Shown here piece by piece: positions 54,758 through 64,000 of a stretch of 64,000 nt of DNA. The translations under genes were made by a program, and so were the position numbers. Positions within the stretch are counted from its first letter, which is position 1; the number at the start of each line of letters is the position of its first letter. Under the pieces are notes generated by a model. It made no database searches. It was not told the origin of the DNA and saw nothing but the letters and a program-made list of their open reading frames with translations. Source of the DNA: an uncultured Oscillospiraceae bacterium (GTDB lineage Bacteria > Bacillota > Clostridia > Oscillospirales > Oscillospiraceae); the NCBI GenBank assembly GCA_947588605.1, contig CANPYK010000010.1, forward strand, positions 3,082-67,081, written 5' to 3'.

Positions 54758-56154
54758 TTATTTCCTGCTCTGGGACTTTTTCCGGGACAGGAGGACGTTG
54801 GTGAGGATGCCGAGGATGAGGGCGCAGGCGACCTCGGTGATGGTGACCTTCCCGAAGGAGACGGCCATGCCGCCGACGCCGGCGATGAGGATGACGGACA
54901 CCACGAAGAGGTTGTGGTTGTCGCCCAGGTCCACGTTCTGGATCATCTTGAGGCCGGAGACGGCGATGAAGCCGTAGAGCGCTATGCACACGCCGCCCAT
55001 GACGCAGCTGGGGATGGTGGCGAGGAACGTGGCGAAGGGGCCGAAGAAGCTGATGACCATGGCGAGGATCGCGGTGTAGAGGATGGTGATGACGGAGGCG
55101 TTGCCAGAGATGGCCACGCAGCCGACGCTCTCACCGTAGGTGGTGTTGGGGCAGCCGCCGAAGATGGCGCCGGCGAAGGAGCCCACGCCGTCGCCCAGGA
55201 GGGTGTTGGAAAGGCCGGGGTCCTTCAGGAGGTCCTGACCGATGATGGAGGAGAGGTTCTTGTGGTCGGCGATGTGCTCGGCGAAGACCACGAAGGCCAC
55301 GGGCACATAGGCCACGGCCAGGGTCGCCAGATACGTGGCGTTTACCTCCTTGAGGCCCTTGAAGGCGGTGAGGAAGGTGAAGTCAGGCACCCAGGTCATC
55401 TGGGAGAAGAGGTCAAGGTTGATGATGAGGAGCGCGGCGTTGTCGGTGGCGCGGCCGATGAGGGTGAACACCAGCGCCAGGGCGTAGCCGGCCAGGATGC
55501 CGATGATGAAGGGGATCATCTTCACCATCTTCTTGCCGTAGACGGAGCAGACCATGGTGACGGCCAGGGTCACGAGGCCGCAGAGAATGGCGAGATAGGG
55601 GGAGCACACCATCTGGCTGCCGGTGTTCTCCACGATGGTGGGGACGTTGTCGACGACCTCAACGGCGTACTCCACGACCTGCTTCGTGACGTTGCCGGTG
55701 GCCAGATCGCCGATGGCGTTGCCGGCCAGAGAAAGTCCGATGATGGCCACGGTAGGCCCGATGATCACGGGGGGCATGAGCTTGTCCACCCAACGGACGC
55801 CCACGGCCTTGATGACCAGGGCGATGACCACATAGACAAGGCCAGCCATCAAAGCGCCGATGACGAGGCCGGCAAAGCCCATCTGCGCGGTGAGGGCGCC
55901 GTCAAAGGCGGCGGTCATGGAGCCTAAGAACGCGAAGGAGCTTCCGAGAAACACGGGGCTTTTGAATTTGGTGAAGGCGAGGTACACCAGCGTACCCACG
56001 CCCGCGCCGAAGAGGGCGGCGGTCTGGCTCATGCCGTTGCCGACGATCCGCGGCACCGCGATGGTGGCGGCCATGATGGCTAAAAGCTGCTGGAGCGCGA
56101 AGACGAGGGTCTTTCCGAAGCCGGGCTTGTCCTTGATGTTGTAGATCAGGTTCA
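54758..56154 (-). CDS. NCS2-family nucleobase (uracil/xanthine) permease
   Basis: About 465-aa polytopic protein: FALQQLLAIMAATIAVP, ...FGGCPNTTYGESVG... AGGAGG SD. Confidence 0.85.
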
Positions 56155-56189
56155 TGCGATTGACCTCCTTTTTTCGTTTACGCTGTCCA

Positions 56190-56219
56190 AAATATAGCAC
56201 TTTCGCGGCGAAGGTGTCA
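56190..56219 (-). promoter_or_regulatory. Candidate promoter of the nucleobase permease gene
   Basis: On the minus strand: TTGACA-18 nt-TATATT, about 35 nt upstream of the ATG. Confidence 0.55.
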
Positions 56220-56314
56220 AGAGATTCGTCCAAACGTGTCCCTTTTTGTCGAAAAGAATAAAAAAGGCCGCCGGAGCCTTGCAAATTAGGTGTATTTTTC
56301 TTTGCGCTCAACGG

Positions 56315-56343
56315 TTGACATGGTCCGGGAAAAGGTTTAAAAT
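56315..56343 (+). promoter_or_regulatory. Candidate promoter of the decarboxylase gene
   Basis: TTGACA-17 nt-TAAAAT. Confidence 0.6.
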
Positions 56344-56378
56344 AAAAGCTGTATTTTCCGCTTTGGAGGGATAAACCG

Positions 56379-57617
56379 ATGAAGACCCCGTTCGCGTCCA
56401 AGGAGAAATTCGAGGAGATCGCCGCCCAATACGGCACGCCTATCCACATCTACGACGAGCGCGGCATCCGCGAGAACGCCCGCCGGCTCAACAAGGCGTT
56501 TTCCTGGAATCCCGGCTATAAGGAATATTTCGCCGTGAAGGCCACCCCCACGCCCAAGATCCTGAAGATCCTGAAGGAGGAGGGCTGCGGCGTGGACTGC
56601 TCCAGCCTCACGGAGCTCATGATGAGCGAGCGCTGCGGCTTTTCCGGCCACGACATCATGTTCTCCTCCAACGAGACGCCGGAGGCCGACATGAAGAAGG
56701 CCCGGGAGCTGGGGGCCTACATCAACCTGGACGACTACACCCACGTCAAGTTCCTCCAGGACCTGTGCGGCGTGCCGGAGACGGTCTGCTGCCGCTTCAA
56801 CCCCGGCGGCGTTTTCTCCGTGGCCAACCAGATCATGGATAACCCCCGGGACGCCAAGTACGGCATGACCAGAGGGCAGATGAAAAGCGCCTACCGGGAC
56901 CTCCAGGCCCTGGGGGCGAAGAACTTTGGCATCCACGCCTTTCTGGTGTCCAACGCCACCTTCAATGAGTATTACCCCATGATGGCCCGGCAGCTTTTCA
57001 CCCTGGCGGTGGAGCTCCAGCGCGCCACCGGGGCGCATATTGAATTCGTGAACCTCTCCGGCGGCATCGGCATCCCTTACTATCCCGACCAGATCGCCCC
57101 CAACATCGAGCTCATCGCCGCCGGCGTCCGGGAGGCGTACAACGAGGTGCTGGTCCCCGCCGGGATGGGGGACGTGAAGATCTTCACGGAGCTGGGCCGC
57201 TATATGCTGGGGCCCTACGGGTGCCTGCTCACCCGCGCCATCCACGAAAAGCATATTTATAAGGAGTACATCGGCGTGGACGCCTGCGCCTGCAACCTGA
57301 TGCGCCCGGCCATGTACGGGGCGTACCACCACATCACCGTCCTCGGCAAGGAGGACGCGCCCCACGACCACCTCTACGACGTGGTGGGCGGCCTGTGCGA
57401 AAATAACGACAAGTTCGCCATCGACCGGGAGCTTCCGGAGATCGACACCGGGGACCTCTTGGTCATCCACGACACCGGCGCCCACGGCCACGCTATGGGC
57501 TACAACTACAACGGCAAGCTGAGAAGCGCCGAGGTCCTCTTAAAGGAGGACGGCTCCACCGAGCTCATCCGCCGCGCCGAGACCCCGGACGATTATTTCG
57601 CCACCATGATCTTCTGA
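56379..57617 (+). CDS. PLP-dependent decarboxylase, Orn/DAP/Arg decarboxylase family (probably diaminopimelate decarboxylase)
   Basis: YGTPIHIYDE..., PLP-Lys region YFAVKATP, ...LSGGIGIPY..., ...GGLCENND... Substrate is not provable from sequence alone. Confidence 0.75.
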   Translation: MKTPFASKEKFEEIAAQYGTPIHIYDERGIRENARRLNKAFSWNPGYKEYFAVKATPTPKILKILKEEGCGVDCSSLTELMMSERCGFSGHDIMFSSNETPEADMKKARELGAYINLDDYTHVKFLQDLCGVPETVCCRFNPGGVFSVANQIMDNPRDAKYGMTRGQMKSAYRDLQALGAKNFGIHAFLVSNATFNEYYPMMARQLFTLAVELQRATGAHIEFVNLSGGIGIPYYPDQIAPNIELIAAGVREAYNEVLVPAGMGDVKIFTELGRYMLGPYGCLLTRAIHEKHIYKEYIGVDACACNLMRPAMYGAYHHITVLGKEDAPHDHLYDVVGGLCENNDKFAIDRELPEIDTGDLLVIHDTGAHGHAMGYNYNGKLRSAEVLLKEDGSTELIRRAETPDDYFATMIF

Positions 57618-57636
57618 AGCCAGACGGGAAAGAAAA

Positions 57637-57678
57637 GGAATACCTTCAGGATCTTCCGGGAGGTATTCCTTTTCTTTT
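57637..57678 (+). terminator. Terminator after the decarboxylase gene
   Basis: GGAATACCT-15 nt-AGGTATTCC followed by TTTTCTTTT. Confidence 0.7.
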
Positions 57679-57729
57679 GCGTATTGATCCATAGAGCCTG
57701 TAGGACTGGGATACTTTAGCTTAATAAAA

Positions 57730-57745
57730 TGTTCCACGTGGAACA
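57730..57745. other. parS (ParB/Spo0J binding site), perfect palindromic variant TGTTCCACGTGGAACA
   Basis: Differs at one position from the canonical Firmicute parS TGTTNCACGTGAAACA. Embedded in the perfect 24-bp palindrome at 57726-57749. Confidence 0.8.
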
Positions 57746-57799
57746 TTTTAGCATAATAAAGTATCGGAGTTCTTTTAAGCTGCGGAGACTTTATTATAC

Positions 57800-57828
57800 T
57801 TGACAAATTGTCAAAAATATGATATAAT
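57800..57828 (+). promoter_or_regulatory. Consensus sigma-A promoter upstream of metK
   Basis: TTGACA-17 nt-TATAAT. The -35 is part of the dyad TTGACAA-A-TTGTCAA (57800-57814). Confidence 0.7.
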
Positions 57829-57990
57829 ACAAGTATCGTGAAGGGGTGTGGGGCAGGGGAGATGAACGGAGATCATGGGATGGGAAAAAATTGTGGGAAT
57901 TTTGAAAAAAATCATATTTTGATGTGGCGCGAAGCGACAAGATGTGCTACAATATATCGTATCATATTATGACCTGACCGGAGGACGACT

Positions 57991-59151
57991 ATGTCGAGCA
58001 GGATATTTACTTCAGAATCGGTGACGGAGGGGCATCCGGACAAGATCTGCGACCAGATCTCGGACGCCGTATTGGACTACATCCTCTCCCAGGACAAGCG
58101 CGCCAGGGTGGCGTGCGAGACGGTGTGCACCACGGGGATGGTGCTGGTGATGGGGGAGATCACAACGGACTGCTACGCGGACATCCCCGCCATTGCCCGC
58201 GAGACGATCAAGCGCATCGGCTACGACAAGCCGGAATACGGCTTTGACGGCAACTCCTGCGCGGTGCTCACCAGCATCGACGAGCAGTCGCCGGACATCG
58301 CTATGGGCGTCAACTCCGCCTATGACGACGCCGACGACGAGGGGGCCGGGGACCAGGGGATGATGTTCGGCTACGCCTGCGACGAGACGCCGGAGCTGAT
58401 GCCCGCGCCCATTTCCCTGGCGCACAAGCTCTCAAGACGGTTGGCCGAGGCCCGCAAGACCGGGGAGCTCCCGTTTCTCCGGCCGGACGGGAAGACTCAG
58501 GTGACGGTGCGCTACGACGGGGAGGGGCGCGTGGAGTGCCTGCCCGCTATCGTCGTCTCCTCCCAGCACGCGCCGGATGTCTCCATTGAGACGCTGCGGG
58601 AGGCCATCGTGGAGACGGTGGTGAAGCCCGTCATCCCGAAAGCGTACATCACAAAGGACACGAAGCTCTTTGTCAACCCCACCGGGCGGTTCGTGGTGGG
58701 CGGGCCCTGCGGGGACTCCGGGCTCACCGGGCGGAAGATCATCGTGGACACCTACGGCGGCGTGGGCGGACACGGCGGCGGGTGCTTCTCCGGCAAGGAC
58801 CCCAGCAAGGTGGACAGGTCCGGGGCCTACATGGCCCGGTATATCGCCAAGAACATCGTGGGGGCGGGGCTTGCGCGGCGGTGCCAGATCGAGATCGCCT
58901 ACGCCATCGGCGTGGCCCGGCCTGTGAGCGTCCATATCGACACCATGGGCACCGGCGCCATGGAGGACGAGAGGCTGGCGGGGATCGTGCAGGAGCTTTT
59001 TGATATGCGCCCTGCCAGGATCATCGAGAGGCTGGGGCTGCTGGCCCCCATCTATCTGAAGACCGCCGCCTACGGCCATTTCGGCAGGACCGACGTGGAC
59101 TTGCCCTGGGAGAGGCTGGATATGGTGGACGCGCTGAGGGCGTATAAATGA
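57991..59151 (+). CDS. metK: S-adenosylmethionine synthase
   Basis: [48 protein letters not shown]. Confidence 0.97.
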   Translation: MSSRIFTSESVTEGHPDKICDQISDAVLDYILSQDKRARVACETVCTTGMVLVMGEITTDCYADIPAIARETIKRIGYDKPEYGFDGNSCAVLTSIDEQSPDIAMGVNSAYDDADDEGAGDQGMMFGYACDETPELMPAPISLAHKLSRRLAEARKTGELPFLRPDGKTQVTVRYDGEGRVECLPAIVVSSQHAPDVSIETLREAIVETVVKPVIPKAYITKDTKLFVNPTGRFVVGGPCGDSGLTGRKIIVDTYGGVGGHGGGCFSGKDPSKVDRSGAYMARYIAKNIVGAGLARRCQIEIAYAIGVARPVSVHIDTMGTGAMEDERLAGIVQELFDMRPARIIERLGLLAPIYLKTAAYGHFGRTDVDLPWERLDMVDALRAYK

Positions 59152-59954
59152 GTATGGACGGAAAGAAACAGTTTGACCGCCCTCCTAAAAGGGACCGGGA
59201 GCCCCGGGAGGAGCAGGAGCTGAGCCTCATCGAGGGGCGCAACGCCTTAAACGAGGCGCTGAAGGCCGGGAGGACCCTCAACAAGGTCTTCATCGCCGCC
59301 GGGGACACCGACGCGGGACTGCGGCGTCTTGCCGCCGAGGCCCGGAAGGCCGGGGCGGTGGTGGTGGAGACGGACCGGCGGAAGCTGGATGATATGTCCG
59401 TCACCGGGGCCCATCAGGGCGTCATCGCCAGCGTGGCGGTGAAGGAATACTGCTCCGTACAGGACATTCTGGACAACGCCAGGAGCCGGGGCGAGGCGCC
59501 GCTCATCGTCCTCTGCGACGAGGTGTCCGACGGGCACAACCTGGGGGCCATCATCCGCACCGCCGAGTGCGTTGGCGCCCACGGGGTCATCATCCCCAAG
59601 CGGCGCAGCGCCGCGCTGACGGCGGTGGTGGCCAAGACCTCCGCCGGGGCGGCGGAATATATGCCGGTGGCGCGGGTGCCCAATCTCACCGCCGCCATAA
59701 AGGAACTGAAGGACGCCGGCGTGTGGGTCTACGGCACGGCGGCGGACGCCAAGAGCGAGCTTTGGAAAACCGACCTTTCCGGGCCCATGGCGCTGGTCAT
59801 CGGGTCCGAGGGGGACGGCATGGGGCGGCTCGTGGCGGAAAACTGCGATTTCACGCTGTCCATTCCCATGAAGGGGCATATCTCGTCCCTGAACGCCTCC
59901 GCCAGCGCGGCGATCGTCCTCTATGAGGCGCTGAGACAGAGGACAGAGAAATAA
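59148..59954 (+). CDS. rlmB: 23S rRNA (guanosine-2'-O)-methyltransferase RlmB (SpoU/TrmH family)
   Basis: [11 protein letters not shown]..., ...[17 protein letters not shown]..., [28 protein letters not shown] overlap with metK. Confidence 0.88.
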   Translation: MSMDGKKQFDRPPKRDREPREEQELSLIEGRNALNEALKAGRTLNKVFIAAGDTDAGLRRLAAEARKAGAVVVETDRRKLDDMSVTGAHQGVIASVAVKEYCSVQDILDNARSRGEAPLIVLCDEVSDGHNLGAIIRTAECVGAHGVIIPKRRSAALTAVVAKTSAGAAEYMPVARVPNLTAAIKELKDAGVWVYGTAADAKSELWKTDLSGPMALVIGSEGDGMGRLVAENCDFTLSIPMKGHISSLNASASAAIVLYEALRQRTEK

Positions 59955-59977
59955 AGTTCACTGAGGGGGATCATCTT

Positions 59978-62410
59978 ATGGCGAAGGATAAGAACATATT
60001 GGATGAGCTGGATATGGACCTCAGCGGCGATTACGGCGCGGGGGAGGAGGGCTTTTCCCTGGAGTCGATCCTGGCCGAGTATAAGGGCAGCGCCTTTATG
60101 GACGGGGACAGGAGGACGCCGGCGGAGGAGCTCCAGCGCAAGACCGACGAGATCCTCCGGGAGGCCATGGGCGGCGCGGCAAGGCCGGCGCCGGAGGTAA
60201 CGGAGATGCCGCCGATTCCCCAGCCCGCGATGCCCGCGGCGCAGCCGCCGGAGGACGTGGAAGAGGAGGAGCGGCCCCGGAAGCGGCGCTTCTTCTCCCG
60301 CCGGGACCGCCGGGAGGAGGACGACTGGGAGGAGGCGGAGGAGCCGCCCCGGCCGGTTGGCCGTCACAGCGTGCCCGTGGAGCCGGTGGAGCCGGAACCG
60401 GAGCCGGCCTATGAGACGGCCCCGGAGATCGACCTTTCTGTGTTTGACGAGCCGGAGGAGCCCAAGAGCTCAGCCAGGGACGATTTTCTGGAATCCATCC
60501 GGCGGGAGCCCTTTGTCACCGACGTGTCCCCGGACCTGGGGGAGGACCTGTACGCCGCCCCCGGCGCATATGCCGCGTCCCAGGAAGGGCCGGAGGATGA
60601 GGAGCCGGAGGAGCCCGCCAAAAAGGGCTTTTTCGCCGGCCTCTTCGGCCGCCGCCGGGACGAGGAGGACGAGGACCTGGAGGACGAGCCGGAGGAGGGC
60701 TACCCCGGCACCTATGAGGAGCCCATGGAGGACTACGGGGACGAGGAGTATCTGGACGTAGAGCCCGACCCGGACTTCAAGGCCGAGGCGGCGCGGTACG
60801 CCTCTTACGTGCCCGTTTTGAGATTTCGCATCTGGGGCGTGACGGTGCTCACTGTCCTTGTGGCGCTGGTGACCTTCCTCTTCGCCGGGGGACGCCACCC
60901 CTTCGGCATCGAGCGGGACGCCACGGCGGTGGCCGTGGTGGCGATCCTGGAGCTGGTGGCCATGGGGCTGGGGCTGGACGTGCTCATCCGGGGCGCGGAG
61001 GATATCCTGAAGCTCTCTCCGGGGACGGAGTCGCTGGTGTTCGTCTCCTGCGCCATGAGCGTGGCGGACGCGCTGGTCATGCTGGCCGGCGGGAGCTTCG
61101 GCATGGGACTGCCCATGGCGCTTTTGTCTTGCGTGTCGCTGCTGGGGGCCATGAGCGCAAGGAAGTCCATGTACATGGCCTACTGCGATACTCTCAAGGC
61201 CGCGTCGGCCTCCGCCTCGGCTTACGGCGTCACGGTGGACACCGAGAGTATGGCCGGGAGCTCCGTCCTCAAGAAGGTCACCGGCGAGACGGAAGGGTTT
61301 TATACCAAGCTCACGACCCCCGACGCCGGGGAGAGCTTCTATGACGATATGGCGCCGCTTCTGGTGATCGTGGCCTTCGTGCTGTCGTTCCTGGCGACGG
61401 TGGGACACGGCAACGCGGCGGGGTTTGCCCACAGCTTCTCCATTCTGACCGCTGTGGCGGCGGCCTTCCCGGCGGCGCAGATCTTTGCCCTGCCCTTTAA
61501 GTTCGCGGCGTCCAACCTCAAGAAGGTGGGCGCGGCTATCGCCGGGTTCCGGGGGGCCGAGGACGTCTACTACGCCGACGGGGCGCTGATCACCGACCTT
61601 GACATCTTCCCCGTGGGGAGCGTGTCCATGAGCGGCGTGAAGATCTTCGAGGGCATGGACGCCCAGAAGGTCATCGGCTACACGGCGTCCCTGATCGTCG
61701 CCTCGGATTCCGGGCTTCGGAAGGTCTTCGAGGAGGTGCTGGTCAACCAGGGCCTCACGAGAAAGCGGGTGGACGACTTCGCCTGCTACGACGGCGGCGG
61801 CATCGGGGGACTGGTGGAGGGCCAGCGGGTGCTGGTGGGCACCGGGGCCTTCATGAGCCTCATGGGCCTGCGGGTGCCGGAGAATCTCAACGTCCAGGGG
61901 AGCGTCTTCGCCGCCGTCAACGACGAGCTGGCGGGCGTCTTCGCCCTCAACTACGTGCCCTCCAACTCCGTGCAGTCGGCGCTGGTGGCGCTTTTGGGGA
62001 CCAGGACGAACCTGATGATGGCGGTGCGGGACTTCAACGTCACGCCCAACACCGTCACACAGAAGTTCAAGGTCTCCATGGACGGTGTGGGGTATCTGCC
62101 GGTGGAGACGACCTACGAGCTGTCCCAGGACCGGCTCTCACCGGGGGAGGGCGTGTCCGCCTTCCTGGCGCGCAGCGGGCTGGCGCCCTTCGCCGAGGTC
62201 ATTACCAGGGGGAGGCTTTTGAAGATCGTGACAAGCGTCAATACCTGGGTCACAGGTCTCGGGACGGCCCTTGCCATGGTCATCATGTTCTTCCTTTGCT
62301 GGACCGGGGCCTTCGCCTCCGCCACGGCGGGGAACATCTTCCTCTTTATGTCCGTCATCGGCCTGGCGGTTTACATAATCAGCCAAGGGACGAGAAAACG
62401 GATGAAGTGA
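59978..62410 (+). CDS. Large membrane protein: acidic disordered N-terminus plus a degenerate P-type-ATPase-like body
   Basis: About 270 aa of Glu/Asp/Pro-rich sequence, then TM helices and segments alignable by eye to P1B ATPases. TGES, CPC and DKTGT are replaced (see findings). Confidence 0.75.
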   Translation: MAKDKNILDELDMDLSGDYGAGEEGFSLESILAEYKGSAFMDGDRRTPAEELQRKTDEILREAMGGAARPAPEVTEMPPIPQPAMPAAQPPEDVEEEERPRKRRFFSRRDRREEDDWEEAEEPPRPVGRHSVPVEPVEPEPEPAYETAPEIDLSVFDEPEEPKSSARDDFLESIRREPFVTDVSPDLGEDLYAAPGAYAASQEGPEDEEPEEPAKKGFFAGLFGRRRDEEDEDLEDEPEEGYPGTYEEPMEDYGDEEYLDVEPDPDFKAEAARYASYVPVLRFRIWGVTVLTVLVALVTFLFAGGRHPFGIERDATAVAVVAILELVAMGLGLDVLIRGAEDILKLSPGTESLVFVSCAMSVADALVMLAGGSFGMGLPMALLSCVSLLGAMSARKSMYMAYCDTLKAASASASAYGVTVDTESMAGSSVLKKVTGETEGFYTKLTTPDAGESFYDDMAPLLVIVAFVLSFLATVGHGNAAGFAHSFSILTAVAAAFPAAQIFALPFKFAASNLKKVGAAIAGFRGAEDVYYADGALITDLDIFPVGSVSMSGVKIFEGMDAQKVIGYTASLIVASDSGLRKVFEEVLVNQGLTRKRVDDFACYDGGGIGGLVEGQRVLVGTGAFMSLMGLRVPENLNVQGSVFAAVNDELAGVFALNYVPSNSVQSALVALLGTRTNLMMAVRDFNVTPNTVTQKFKVSMDGVGYLPVETTYELSQDRLSPGEGVSAFLARSGLAPFAEVITRGRLLKIVTSVNTWVTGLGTALAMVIMFFLCWTGAFASATAGNIFLFMSVIGLAVYIISQGTRKRMK

Positions 62411-62546
62411 GGGTCCGACGGGGGACGGCCGGAAAAAATCCACAAAAATTCACAAAAACTTGTTGTGTTTTTTGGTAAAACATATTATAATGTACCCTTA
62501 GTACGGGTCTTTTTCCCAACCACACCAACAAAACTACGAGAGGATC

Positions 62547-64000
62547 ATGAATTTTATGGGCTACGCTGCTGAAAAAATCCGCAATATCGCGCTCCTGGGA
62601 CACGGCGGGAGCGGCAAGACGACGCTGGCCGAGAGTATGCTGTTCGTTGCCGGCGCGACCACCCGCCAGGGCACCGTTAGCGCGGGCAACACCGTCTCCG
62701 ACTATGACGCGGAGGAGATCCGCCGCCAGACGAGTATCTCCGCCACCACCATGTTCGCGGAGTTCAAGGGCCACAAGATCAACATCATCGACACCCCGGG
62801 CTACTTCGACTTCGTGGGCGAGGTCTTTGAAGCCCTGCGCGTCGCGGACACCGCCGTCATCTGCGTGTCCGCCAAGGACCAGATGAACGTGGGCGCCGAG
62901 AAGGCGTGGAAATACGTAAACGAGCGGAACCTCCCCAGGGCCATCTACATTTCCAAGGTGGACGAGGAGCACGCCAGCTTCGAGAAGGCCTTCGATACCC
63001 TGCGCAACGCCTTCGGCTCCTCTGTCTGCGCTCTCGCCGAGCCCATCATGGAGGGAGAGAAGGTCGTCGGCATCGTGGACGTCCTGAAGAAGAAGGCCTA
63101 CAAGTTCGTGGGCGGCAAGCGCCAGGAGGTCCCCATGCCCGCGGAGCTTCAGGGCAAGGTGGAGGAGCACTACTCCGAGCTCGTGGAGAACGCCGCCGGC
63201 ACCAGCGAGGAACTGATGGAGAAGTACTTCGAGGAGGGGGACCTGGAGGAGCACGAGCTCTTCAACGCCCTGGGCCAGGGCATCGCGGCGGCTGAGATCT
63301 GCCCGGTGTTCTTCGGCTCCGCCGCCACGGGCATCGGCACCGAGGTCTTTATGGACAGCGTCCTGAGCCTCTTCCCCGCGCCCCGGGAGCAGGGCGAGGC
63401 CATCGACGCCAACGCCCCCACCAAGCTCATCATCTACAAGACCATTTCCGACCAGTTCGGTAAGTTCAGCCTCTTCAAGGTCGTCTCCGGAAAAGTCTCC
63501 GCCGACATGACGCTGACCAACGCCCGTAGCGGGTCCCAGGAGAAGCTGGGGCACATCTACACCATGCGGGGCAAGCAGAACATCGAGGTCACGGACCTGG
63601 CCCCCGGCGACATCGGGGCCGTCTCCAAGCTCAATGACACCAAGACCGGCGACACGCTGTGCGATCCCAGGGACGTGGAGGCCGTGCCCGGCATCGATTT
63701 CCCCGCGCCCTGCTACTCCATGGCCATCCGGCCCAAGGTCAAGGGCCAGGACGACAAGGTTGCCCAGGGCCTCAGCCGTCTTCGCGAGGAGGACGTGACC
63801 TTCACCGTTCAGAATAACGCGGAGACCCGGCAGATGGTCATTTCCGGCGCGGGCGACATGCAGCTGGATGTGCTTTGCTCAAAGCTGAAGAACAAGTTCG
63901 GCGTGGAGGTGGAGCTGGAGCCGGCCAAGGTGCCCTACCGCGAGAAGATCCGCAAAAAGATCGAGGCCCACGGCCGCCACAAGAAGCAGTCCGGCGGCCA
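62547..64000 (+). CDS. Elongation factor G paralogue (EF-G2-like GTPase), 3'-partial
   Basis: My own translation: MNFMGYAAEKIRNIALLGHGGSGKTTLAE...IIDTPGYFDF...SKVD...HGRHKKQSGG. The ORF runs off the window end, so it is absent from the track. Confidence 0.9.
   Translation, partial: MNFMGYAAEKIRNIALLGHGGSGKTTLAESMLFVAGATTRQGTVSAGNTVSDYDAEEIRRQTSISATTMFAEFKGHKINIIDTPGYFDFVGEVFEALRVADTAVICVSAKDQMNVGAEKAWKYVNERNLPRAIYISKVDEEHASFEKAFDTLRNAFGSSVCALAEPIMEGEKVVGIVDVLKKKAYKFVGGKRQEVPMPAELQGKVEEHYSELVENAAGTSEELMEKYFEEGDLEEHELFNALGQGIAAAEICPVFFGSAATGIGTEVFMDSVLSLFPAPREQGEAIDANAPTKLIIYKTISDQFGKFSLFKVVSGKVSADMTLTNARSGSQEKLGHIYTMRGKQNIEVTDLAPGDIGAVSKLNDTKTGDTLCDPRDVEAVPGIDFPAPCYSMAIRPKVKGQDDKVAQGLSRLREEDVTFTVQNNAETRQMVISGAGDMQLDVLCSKLKNKFGVEVELEPAKVPYREKIRKKIEAHGRHKKQSGG

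Noticed and set aside
56155-56314. PyrR-type attenuator or riboswitch in front of the nucleobase permease gene
   Set aside because: The best promoter leaves only a ~35-nt leader. I see no PyrR binding-loop motif, no purine-riboswitch-like three-way junction and no terminator hairpin.
57540-57806. 88-aa minus-strand ORF spanning the decarboxylase 3' end and the parS region (contains MFHVEHF)
   Set aside because: The MFHVEH string is simply the translation of the parS palindrome. The ORF overlaps a terminator and the end of a real gene, and has no SD.
57861-57902. 13-codon mini-ORF (MNGDHGMGKNCGNF) in the metK leader as a possible leader peptide
   Set aside because: The GGGGAG purine run abuts the ATG with no spacer. 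The peptide is not enriched in Met or Cys codons in a way that suggests attenuation. There is no terminator/antiterminator pair.

Overview
GC-rich, densely coded bacterial chromosome. The gene content points to a sporulating Clostridia-type Firmicute (SpoIID/LytB, comEC-holA-rnmV, nrdR, fhs-fchA, proBAC), though no taxon can be proven from this window. I support about 64 CDSs. Core genes: malQ plus two GH13 amylases, asd, queA, fhs, comEC, holA, rnmV, nrdR, glmM, gpmI, proB/A/C, metK, rlmB and an EF-G paralogue. The accessory left third (1-15.3 kb, minus strand) holds three envelope-sensing or export modules: (a) a LytTR/AgrC-like two-component system divergent from a MacB-type ABC exporter; (b) a BlaI repressor, a sensor-less M56 protease and two paralogous single-pass proteins; (c) an ECF sigma, an anti-sigma-like protein, a lipoprotein, three polytopic membrane proteins and one ABC ATPase. 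There are two type II toxin-antitoxin pairs. No rRNA, tRNA, CRISPR array, transposase or integrase was seen. Items most worth a second look: a ~970-bp non-coding stretch packed with GC-rich hairpins, one unit of which recurs 8 kb away; a perfect palindromic parS site upstream of metK; a metK leader with no recognisable SAM riboswitch; an 810-aa protein resembling a P-type ATPase with every catalytic motif degenerate; a low-GC insertion plus orphan hypothetical genes between fchA and comEC; and the BlaI/M56 locus. Start codons were chosen by SD spacing and are approximate. All functional calls come from motif recognition by eye, not searches.
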